From positions 16,668 to 80,667 of the forward strand of contig SDNP01000011.1 of the NCBI GenBank assembly GCA_004524445.1: a DNA stretch of 64,000 bases, read 5' to 3'. Of this stretch, positions 9,828 to 18,700 are shown one piece after another. The position numbers and the translations under genes were made by a program. Numbering within the stretch: the first letter of the stretch is position 1; every line of letters begins with the position of its first letter. A model generated the notes under the pieces. The model did no database searches. It was not told the origin of the DNA and saw nothing but the letters and a program-made list of their open reading frames with translations. This stretch comes from Candidatus Thorarchaeota archaeon (GTDB lineage: Archaea > Asgardarchaeota > Thorarchaeia > Thorarchaeales > Thorarchaeaceae).

Positions 9828-10040
9828 AAAATCAGCTAGTTTCTCTTTCAATTCCATCATTAGGGCTTCTTCATCCTTACTCCTCAATTCCTTGAATCTC
9901 TTCCAAGTTGCAGAGCAGTTTTTGTACTCAATGCCCGCAATATCATGTATTCGCTTGTCAATCTCTCTCTTGTTGCTGTCTGTCACTTCCACACCAATTG
10001 AGTCAAATACAGGGCGAATGTGTCTGAAATAGCAGGTCAA
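9819..10040 (-). CDS. small hypothetical protein
   Basis: TTG start with GGAG upstream; compact protein-like sequence (CYFRH...NCSATWK). Confidence 0.6.
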   Translation of the reverse strand: MTCYFRHIRPVFDSIGVEVTDSNKREIDKRIHDIAGIEYKNCSATWKRFKELRSKDEEALMMELKEKLADFSA

Positions 10041-10224
10041 TTTTGTTGCAGCTCCTTTTGGTTAATCATGATATCAGATAGTATTCTTGATGAAAAGCCT
10101 TTGTTACGGGAAAGGTATGGTGATATATACCCAACTAGATGATTGAGCCCTCTGGTGAAAGAAGAAAGGGAATCGAAACTTTTGAATCAATAGAATTGGG
10201 CCAACATGAATTCTTTTTCTTCAT

Positions 10225-11076
10225 TTATGTCGAAGTCTTCACAAAGGTACCTTGCCTGTATTCCATGAAGGCTGTTCGGATTTCCTCTTGAGTATTCATC
10301 ACAATTGGTCCACGCCAGGCAATTGATTCATTTAGTGGTTTGCCAGAAACGAGTATGAATCGCGCTTCTTCTGGACCGGTTTGTACTCTTACTTGGTCGC
10401 CATCAGTAAGAACCACCAAGTTACCTTTACTAACTCTATCTTGATTGGACCCAAAGACTGCTTCACCTTCGACAACGTATGCTAATACTGTATGTTCTTC
10501 ATCTACCGGATGGTTGAAATCAGAGTTTGCGGGCATCTTCACATCAAGGTATTCTGGATCTACAGCTATCCCCTCTACAGGACCCTTCATTCCCCCGACC
10601 TCTCCCGCTATGATTTTTATTCGGATTCCATCATCGAGTTCAACTTCCGGCATATCATCTCTTGATAGACCTCGATATTTTGGGTCAGTCATCTTTTTGG
10701 ATGACGGCAGATTCACCCAGAGCTGAAGACCTCTTATACTGTCTTCCTTGGGGTCAGGCATCTCCTGATGGATTATGCCACTTCCAGCTGTCATCCATTG
10801 AACTTCACCGGGGCGAATAACTCCGGAACCACCCGTACTGTCTTCGTGTGCCACCTTCCCTTCAAGCATATAGGTCACGGTTTCGATGCCTCGATGCGGG
10901 TGCCAAGGAAAGCCTGCTTTGAACTCATCAGGGTTGTCGGATCCAAAGTCATCAAGAAGCAAGAACGGGTCCATTACATCTGTATCAATATGGCCCATAG
11001 CGCGCCGAACTGTCACTCCTGCGCCTTCTTTCATCTCTCGACTTTGTTGAACTCTGAATACTCGTCTAATAGTCAT
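10225..11076 (-). CDS. pirin family protein
   Basis: DPFLLLD, GFPWHPHRGIETVTY, WMTAGSGIIHQE, GPIVMNT. Confidence 0.95.
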   Translation of the reverse strand: MTIRRVFRVQQSREMKEGAGVTVRRAMGHIDTDVMDPFLLLDDFGSDNPDEFKAGFPWHPHRGIETVTYMLEGKVAHEDSTGGSGVIRPGEVQWMTAGSGIIHQEMPDPKEDSIRGLQLWVNLPSSKKMTDPKYRGLSRDDMPEVELDDGIRIKIIAGEVGGMKGPVEGIAVDPEYLDVKMPANSDFNHPVDEEHTVLAYVVEGEAVFGSNQDRVSKGNLVVLTDGDQVRVQTGPEEARFILVSGKPLNESIAWRGPIVMNTQEEIRTAFMEYRQGTFVKTST

Positions 11077-11100
11077 CTAATAGGCAACTCCACGATGCTA

Positions 11101-11120
11101 TAGTTAACAATAGTAAACTA
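11101..11120. promoter_or_regulatory. palindromic operator-like site upstream of pirin
   Basis: TAGTTAAC-AATA-GTAAACTA (16/20 self-complementary), 25-44 nt before the start. Confidence 0.45.
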
Positions 11121-11196
11121 ATAAGGGCATTGCTTTGTGTCAATTCGCAAACATCCAGTAGAAGATGTAAAGTAGCTGCTAGGAGAACAACATGAA

Positions 11197-11955
11197 TTAT
11201 TCTTCATAAGGTCGAAATAGGTCAGAAAGAGCGGAGGCGAGTTGAGCCTTTGTAGTTCTTACCAAATTGCTTCTGAAACCTCTATTCCATTCAAGCTGGT
11301 ATAGCTCATCAGTAATCACAAGGATGGCAGCGAAATCAATCCCACGATACATAGCCACTGCCATTAGAGCTGTACATTCCATTTCGACTGCAATAGCACC
11401 CTGTTTGGAGTATCGGAGTATCTTATCTCTAGTTTCTCTGAGTCCAGCATCAGTAGTCCATACTCCACCATATTTTGGGTGAAGTGCCTGCAGGCCAATT
11501 TTCATTTCATTGAGTATTTCTCCACGCGGCCGGCACTGAGCTTCGGGCGGAAGATAGTGGTAAGAAGTGCCTTCCTCGCGAATTCCCCACTCAGGTATTA
11601 CGAGGTCACCAATATGACAGTCATCTGAGATTGAACCCGCCTCTCCTATCATCAAGACAGACTCTACTCCTGAGGCAATCAGGGCTTCCATGTGTAGTGC
11701 AGCAGCAGGAGCTCCAAAGAAGCATCTGCTCACAATCATTCCCGGCTTTGATTTGGTTTCTAGGGCACCCGCGATTGTTGGGCGCTCAGTGGATTTCCCT
11801 AAATCCAATGCGTCAGTCACTAGTTCATATGACACTCTCTCAAAACACATTATTGCATGACTGGCATCTATGTCCACTGAAAAGACACTTGGGTCCGTGA
11901 TTGCAGTGTCATGTGAAAGCCAATCTACTGGAGTTATCGATGTTCCATCCTTCAT
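11197..11955 (-). CDS. nucleoside phosphorylase (uridine phosphorylase-like)
   Basis: GAPAAA..MEALIASG, IREEGTSYHY, WTTDA..RET, AVEMEC. Confidence 0.9.
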   Translation of the reverse strand: MKDGTSITPVDWLSHDTAITDPSVFSVDIDASHAIMCFERVSYELVTDALDLGKSTERPTIAGALETKSKPGMIVSRCFFGAPAAALHMEALIASGVESVLMIGEAGSISDDCHIGDLVIPEWGIREEGTSYHYLPPEAQCRPRGEILNEMKIGLQALHPKYGGVWTTDAGLRETRDKILRYSKQGAIAVEMECTALMAVAMYRGIDFAAILVITDELYQLEWNRGFRSNLVRTTKAQLASALSDLFRPYEE

Positions 11956-12104
11956 CCTCTTTCTTCCTCGTTCACTGGTACACTATCGGGCCAGTTACTT
12001 AAGCGGGCATGCCCTTAGCGTTAGCTATGACTAACCCATCAAGCATGGCTTGATTAGCTCTTACAACAGTATGAACTTAAGAGAGCTCCAATCAGCAAGA
12101 ACTG

Positions 12105-12785
12105 TTGTCAACTTGCAGGATGAGGGCCAAAAGAATGAACATATCTATTCTCTATGACAATATGGCAAGAGAGGGGTATCGAGCAGACTGGGGGTTCTCA
12201 TGTTTGATAGACGAGTCACTTCTGTTTGATACAGGGCGTGATTTGAACATCCTTCTCCACAATATGAATTCTCTTGGCGTTGATTTTAGCAAAATTAAGA
12301 GGGTTGTTCTTTCTCATCAACATAGAGACCATGTGGGTGGGATAGGCATTTTGGAGAAACTTGGTGAGGTAGAAGTATTTCTTCCCTCATCAATATCGAA
12401 ACCACTTAAAAAATCCATAGAACGATTTGAGGGGATCAGAGTTGTCGAGGTGTCCGAACCCCAAGATATCACTGACGATGTGATGACTCTTGGCGAATTA
12501 GGTACACGAATCAAGGAGCAATCGATTGTTGTTCAAACAGAAAAGGGAAATTCTCTGATTTGTGGGTGTGCCCATCCCGGACTTGAAGTCATAATGGATA
12601 ACGCACTTGAGTATGGGCCCCTCTACGGTGTCATAGGTGGGTTTCATGATTTTGACCGGCTTCTAGCTCTGGAATACTCGCGTCTTATTGTTCCTTGCCA
12701 TTGTACTTCAAAGAAGGAAGAAATCAGGACCCTCTACAAACTGACAAGCAAAGAGTGTGCTGTAGGCAAAGTCATTGAGATATGA
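12105..12785 (+). CDS. MBL-fold metallo-hydrolase
   Basis: WGFSCLI, LFDTG, LSHQHRDHVGG, GCAHPG, GGFH, PCHCT; start probably ATG 12135. Confidence 0.9.
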   Translation: MSTCRMRAKRMNISILYDNMAREGYRADWGFSCLIDESLLFDTGRDLNILLHNMNSLGVDFSKIKRVVLSHQHRDHVGGIGILEKLGEVEVFLPSSISKPLKKSIERFEGIRVVEVSEPQDITDDVMTLGELGTRIKEQSIVVQTEKGNSLICGCAHPGLEVIMDNALEYGPLYGVIGGFHDFDRLLALEYSRLIVPCHCTSKKEEIRTLYKLTSKECAVGKVIEI

Positions 12786-12801
12786 GGTTGAAGACGCATA
12801 T

Positions 12802-13182
12802 CTAGCAAGTAAGATGCAAGGCGGCTACAACCCTTTGCTGTGATTCTTTTTCGTTATATAGAGTGCATGCCTCTTCTGTCTTCCGCGCTATTAGCTGGCA
12901 ACCAATTTCCTCTATCTTTCTCTTGGTTGCATCCAAGACTTTCATCCGCCCGTAGTATCCCTTTCCAACAAGCAGCAGATTGGGCTTTGCTTCAACTATT
13001 TTGGAGAGGTCATCCGGATGAAGTTCGTGTCCCTTTTGGCGCCACCAATCAGAATAGACCTGACCAGGCAGAATTATCACATCATTTTGGTATTCTTTTC
13101 CATCAATCCGGATTCTTCCGAAGGCGTATTCATCGATATGCATACTAGAGATTAAAGAAGCGTCCCTGTTAAGAGCTCGCAA
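12802..13182 (-). CDS. Mth938-like (DUF498/AAMDC) protein
   Basis: Y.FG.I.IDG...DVII, WWRQKGH, C-terminal AALHLTC; start likely at MHIDEY. Confidence 0.9.
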   Translation of the reverse strand: MRALNRDASLISSMHIDEYAFGRIRIDGKEYQNDVIILPGQVYSDWWRQKGHELHPDDLSKIVEAKPNLLLVGKGYYGRMKVLDATKRKIEEIGCQLIARKTEEACTLYNEKESQQRVVAALHLTC

Positions 13183-13217
13183 ATAGAAGATTGACCGGAG
13201 TACGGGAGAAGGGATTA

Positions 13218-14654
13218 TTAATCCGGGAGAGTTTTGGCTTCGATGGCGCTATCTTGGGAAACATCTTCGTCTTGATTCTCATCCTCAGTTTGTGTTTTTG
13301 ATGCGCGTTCTTTAGCTATTTTTTCCAAGTTCATGACCGACGGGACAAAGAAGGCAGAAACGCTGAGAGATGCAGTCACTAGACCCGAAATAATGAACCA
13401 AATTGGTACGCCAAATGCGTCAGCCACGGGTCCCGCGAATGCCAATCCAATTGGAGTCATGGCAGTAGCACCGCTGATTATAAGCGAGAAGACTCGGCCC
13501 TGCATTTCTGGAGGGATAGTAGCCTGCATGATAGCTATGACTGATCCATTGAATATGGGGTTCATAAACCCAGCAACGAGCAGCAATAAGAAGGCTATTT
13601 CTACAAAGTCACTTGGCAGGGTACCAACGAAGAACAGAGCAGCTCCTTGAATTGCTAGAGCTCCCATTCCGGTTTTTACTCGGTTCTCAGTTCCCCCCCA
13701 AATACCAAGAATCGCGCCTCCGGTTACCATGCCCAAAGCAAAGGCCGACTGCATAAAGGCCAGAGTAGTTGCGTCCCCTCCAAAGTAATTTATTACAAGC
13801 AAAGGGAGCAATGAGAACGCAGGGGTTGCTATGAGGTTGAGAATCATCGCGAAGACAATCAATAAGAGCGCCCCAGTCCATCCCTTGAGAAAACGTAGCC
13901 CATCTGCCATATCAGATAAGGGAGATTGTTTCTCTGAATCGGGGGCCGCCTCCGGTTGCGGAATGTGTATTGCTGCTACGGAAACCACAGCAAAGAATGC
14001 AGTCACTATATCGATTGCGAGAATACTCTCTAGCGGAAATAGAACATAAAGAACCGCTCCGATGGGAGGAGCAAGCACATTGATAACGCCTTGGAGGGAT
14101 TGGTTTATGCCACCAATTCTAGAATAATGTTCCTCAGGGACCATAAGCGTCGTTGAGGCTTGCATAGCTGGAAAATGGAAGGAACCTAGGAACGAAGAGA
14201 CAAGCATTATCAAGTAGATATGCCAAACCTCTTGGATATTGAGATAGAATAGCAGAGCGAGAATCCCGATTGTTGCTGCAATCAGCGTATCAGAGACCAT
14301 CATTACCCGCTTTCGATTCCAACGGTCTACATATGAGCCAGCAAACGGGCCAACTATAATTTGGGGCAACAAGAACATAATAGACGCAGTCGCCAAAACG
14401 GTGGCGGACCCGGTGGCGAGGGTTATCCACCAAATCACTGCAAAGCGAACAAGCCTGCTCCCAAATAGAGACACAGCTTGACCGCCCCACATAACAGCAA
14501 ACGAACGAAGCGATTTTTGTTGTGCATCGGTCTCCAACTCCGGTTCCTCAATAGCAGATCCAACTGTTTTCAACGACAACGACCTCTCTTTCATCGGAAG
14601 GCAGACTTCATTTAAGGCATAAGAAATATGCAATGTCTGCTGTATTGAGGACAT
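13218..14654 (-). CDS. MFS transporter (DHA3/macrolide-efflux-like)
   Basis: GQAVSLFGS, GSYVDRWNRKRVM motif A, MQGRVFS; true start probably ~14594. Confidence 0.92.
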   Translation of the reverse strand: MSSIQQTLHISYALNEVCLPMKERSLSLKTVGSAIEEPELETDAQQKSLRSFAVMWGGQAVSLFGSRLVRFAVIWWITLATGSATVLATASIMFLLPQIIVGPFAGSYVDRWNRKRVMMVSDTLIAATIGILALLFYLNIQEVWHIYLIMLVSSFLGSFHFPAMQASTTLMVPEEHYSRIGGINQSLQGVINVLAPPIGAVLYVLFPLESILAIDIVTAFFAVVSVAAIHIPQPEAAPDSEKQSPLSDMADGLRFLKGWTGALLLIVFAMILNLIATPAFSLLPLLVINYFGGDATTLAFMQSAFALGMVTGGAILGIWGGTENRVKTGMGALAIQGAALFFVGTLPSDFVEIAFLLLLVAGFMNPIFNGSVIAIMQATIPPEMQGRVFSLIISGATAMTPIGLAFAGPVADAFGVPIWFIISGLVTASLSVSAFFVPSVMNLEKIAKERASKTQTEDENQDEDVSQDSAIEAKTLPD

Positions 14655-14707
14655 ATATCTGCTTCTCTGGGGAGCATCATTTTTACAACTAAGATAAACG
14701 CGACCGC

Positions 14708-14980
14708 TTATTCTAAGCGAGGGGATGCAATATCATCGAATTTTGTTTGCTTAAGGGGAGAGAGTCGGTCATGGCTCCATAGTAGAATCACAATCACGAC
14801 TATAATCACGTTGACGGTCATTGTACAAATGGATGGAATTGACAAACCTGATAGAATCAATAATGGGCCCAAGGCATTTACTCCTGCGTGGTATAGCGTT
14901 ACAGCACGTAGGCTTCCGTTAGTGGAGTTGTATAACCAAGTGTACATCGTTGTGGCGATGATTATGTCATACCAAATACA
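14708..14980 (-). pseudogene. C-terminal fragment of a CPBP (CAAX protease/Abi) family gene
   Basis: TWLYNSTNGSLRAVTLYHAGVN is the CPBP motif-4 region; in-frame stop 11 codons upstream of the Met, no EE motif. Confidence 0.65.
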
Positions 14981-15017
14981 TAATCAATGGATTGGAGGAA
15001 GGAAGTTCGGTGCAAAC

Positions 15018-15494
15018 GTGTTGAGTTCATTTGCTTTCCTCAGATCATGGTCATGGATTTTGAGATACTGGCTAGTAGTCTATGCGACCCTCACAATAAT
15101 CGGAATAATAGGAACAGCATTCTATGGACCCCTAATGTACCTCATTCCCTTTCTGTTTGGTGTTCCCCTAGTGATAATTCCAATGACCTATAGAAACCTT
15201 GTTGGAGGAGGTTGTAGTCTAAAATTCGGCATTTGTGCATTAGTAAAAGGGATTCTAGCTGGAGTGGTCTTTGCGGGGCTTTCGCTGTTTGCCAATTATG
15301 TTATCTTTTCTACGATTCATCTCGCACAGGGCCTCAATTTGATGCCCTCCATCCAATCCATTACTCCTACATATCAGATTTGGTTAGTTAGTGCTGCAAT
15401 AGGTGGTTTTGCTGCGAGAATAGCAGAAGTGAGAGGCCATACCGCTGATTATCACTACATGGTTGATGCTTTAGTGGAGCATTCTAAGGATTGA
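15018..15494 (+). CDS. hypothetical 4-TM membrane protein
   Basis: GTG/TTG start after GGAGG; the track's longer ORF (14811) overlaps the CPBP remnant. Confidence 0.6.
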   Translation: MLSSFAFLRSWSWILRYWLVVYATLTIIGIIGTAFYGPLMYLIPFLFGVPLVIIPMTYRNLVGGGCSLKFGICALVKGILAGVVFAGLSLFANYVIFSTIHLAQGLNLMPSIQSITPTYQIWLVSAAIGGFAARIAEVRGHTADYHYMVDALVEHSKD

Positions 15495-15720
15495 GTTAAA
15501 TCCATGTCCAATCAAGGAGCAAGAAATCCGTCCCCACATGACCCAGAATTCCCGTTTCAAGTACATCATGATAGAATATCGCCAATTCCAATCCTAATTT
15601 TGGAATTACTGACGATAAATCCTATAGAAAAGACAGGAAGAAGCTCTATATATTTAAGAATCAATTTGCTCAAGTTCGTAACTGATGGAATCGGATTCAG
15701 ACCTTTAGGAGAATAGACAA

Positions 15721-18700
15721 TTGATAGTCCGTAGGCGGTTCTTTGCCGTCACTATTATGGCTCTACTCTCGCTTTATGCTGTGGGGAGTATAGCTAAAAG
15801 TTTCGTGAATACGGGACAATCTGAGAGTATTACGCCGAGTTCCGAATTCTTTGATGAAACTCGCTTACGAAAGGAAGATGATTCTTCTGATTCTTTGTCG
15901 AAATACTCATTGTCTGACTCTGCACTCACCGGCACTCTGGACCCTGTAGAAGTTGAACAATCTGGATTCATAGCGACAGGAAGCACATTTGCAAGAACAG
16001 ACAATAGTTTCAATACAAATACTACACTCGGGATTGATAGGGCAAATGGATGGTTGGCTAGCCAAGCAGAAGCACAAGTGTGGGGTCTTGAGAGAAGGTA
16101 CGCTATTAACGGGACATTTGACGATGGCATACCTGGAACGTACGCTATGGTAAATGAAACTCCTGTCTACTATCCGTATGGTTGGAGCCCGAGCTACACC
16201 ACTACAAACACTGGCCAAGCACAAGTAGCCGGATACGATGATTCAGGATATGCAATCTTGGAAAATCAAGGAAATAAGGAGGGCCCGAGTGGGAACAAGT
16301 ATACACATTATGCTGGCACGAAGATTCTCTGGAATCAAGAAATCACCAATCAGCCCTACACAAAGAACTTCACACTAAACCTGAGATATCTGTACTCAAG
16401 AGGCCCCTTGGGTTCAGGAGTTCCTGGAGATTGTTCACTATCAGTGTTTGTCAATGATTCAGTAGTCTGGAGTCAGGCACTCCCTGATGTCGCAGGAAGG
16501 GGAATATGGATAGAAACTGGTGAAATTCCAATCAATATAGCAGATGCAGGAAATACCCTAGAATTTGCAGTTGGTATTGTGATAGATGAAACAATGGCTT
16601 TGAATGCCGAGGAGGATTATAACGGGGATGAAATGGCAGAGGGGATCTCAAATACAGTCTATGTCACCGTCAATATCGATGAAATCTCCTTTGTGGGCCT
16701 AAATCCCCCCTCATTTGAAGAAGTTGATTTTAATTTTTCCGCGGGCAATCAAACCACTTCGGTCACAGGTGCGTCTGGCAATGGAACTGCACTCATTTCC
16801 AAGAGTGACTATTGGTCTGTCGAGCAGTTGGACATTGCCTTTACTTCTAATGTCAGCGTATCTTTCAATTATGATGCCTATTTACTCGAGCACAGGTTCC
16901 TCAACTCCAGCTTCACAACTAACACACATCAATTTGGTGTGAAGTACAGCATCTCGCATAATCAAAGTGCAAACCTCGAGTTATTCACATATGTTGGAAC
17001 ACAAGGCGAGTTTTTGGAATTCAACGTAACGATCAGGTATCCTACAGATTGGGAAAATGCAACTATCTACTCCCCGTTCTCAATCGATGTGACGACACAA
17101 TGTCAAATAACGGAGGGTGAAGTGCGTATTCCAACAAGCCTTCTGGAAGATTTGGGTTGGTGGGATGTGGAGCTTCAGTCGCCAAATTATGCAAAATCTC
17201 TCAAAACCCAGATATATGACGATTCGACAGGCTGGACGGATGCTGTACTATTTAGGCCAGGAAACACAACCAGAACATCAGTAGAGATAGGTACAACAGT
17301 AGAAACACCATCCATCTCTAATCCTGTAAATCTAACATGGTATCTGCCTAATGGTACTATTTGGTGGGATGAATCGACTACATCCGGAACTGCGGGATCT
17401 TTGAATTCTAGTCCAGTAGCGTTCGGCCCGACCAATACGACAGCCGGACCATGGAGCATTGAGATAGTTTGGTCAAACGGAACAGAAGTGGCTTATTCTT
17501 CCATTTCGTTTGCACTATATCATCAAGCCACCTTGACCCCCGTTTATAGCTTAATCGAGGGCGACGTTGATGAAACAATCACCAACGTTCTGCGATTTGA
17601 AGACATATATTCTGGAGATTATCTGATGGCCGATGATGCTAACGTAATCGGCAATTGGTCTGGCACTTGGGTAGATTTCATCCCCAACGTTGTAAAGAAT
17701 TGGTGGGAGGGAGATTTCGATACTACAATTGTTGGCGGCGGGAACTTTACCGTACTTGTAAATGCGTCAAAGCCATTCTATGATGATACAAGTTGCTTGT
17801 TCCAAATCACTTCCATATATGCCACTGAAATGCAAACTGATGCTCCCTCTGATGTCCCAGCAGAAATCAATTTCAATGAACACTATTTGGTCAATATATC
17901 GTACAATCTCTCAAATGGCACTGGCATTGTAGATGCGACGATTGGTGTTGATTATACCGGACCAACGGGTGGACTGGACATAGATTCTCCAGTTCCTCAA
18001 ACAACAGGAGAATACCAGCTAGAAATAACAGGACGCCAAACAGGAACGTATGTCATATCAATCGAGGCGTCAAAGGATTTCCACCACAGTCAAACTGATT
18101 CATTCACCCTAGAGGTATTAGAGGCGCCTACCACGCTCACTCAATTGAATGGTACAGCGGATTCTGTCAGATATGGTCAGGATTACAGATATGTCGTCAA
18201 ATATGAGAATTCATCAGGAATCGGTCTAGAGAGTGCAGATATTAGTATAAGTAGCATAGACCCCTCAGTGGGCCTTGGTTTCAGTCCCACATCTGAGATC
18301 GGCGGGGGTTACTACTCTATATTGTTTAGCCCAACAGATACCTCAACATTCACAATTGTAGTCAAAGCAAACTTATCAAACCATCAGACTCGCTTTGTCA
18401 CTTTTACACTAACGGTATCCACTGTGCCAACTACATTGGCTTTGAATGCTACAAGCGAAACAATCTCCATTCAAGAGGTATTCGTTTTAGGACTAACCTT
18501 CATGGATGATTCTGGAGCTGGCATTCCTGGTGCGACTATCACAGCCCAAAACCCACCGGCCGACCTTCATATTTCATCGGCGACTGATTATGGTGATGGA
18601 AACTATTCGATAGTCATAGATCCATTCTATTTCGGGACCTATCTACTCACTTTCTCTGCGTCCAAAACAAACCATCAAACTGCAGCAAACTCCTTTTCGC

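Noticed and set aside
14811-15017. N-terminal extension of the 227-aa ORF
   Set aside because: It is the antisense of the CPBP remnant; the SD-linked start is near 15018
15504-15716. 70-aa ORF before the giant gene
   Set aside because: Spans the TATA-containing promoter region; no recognisable features
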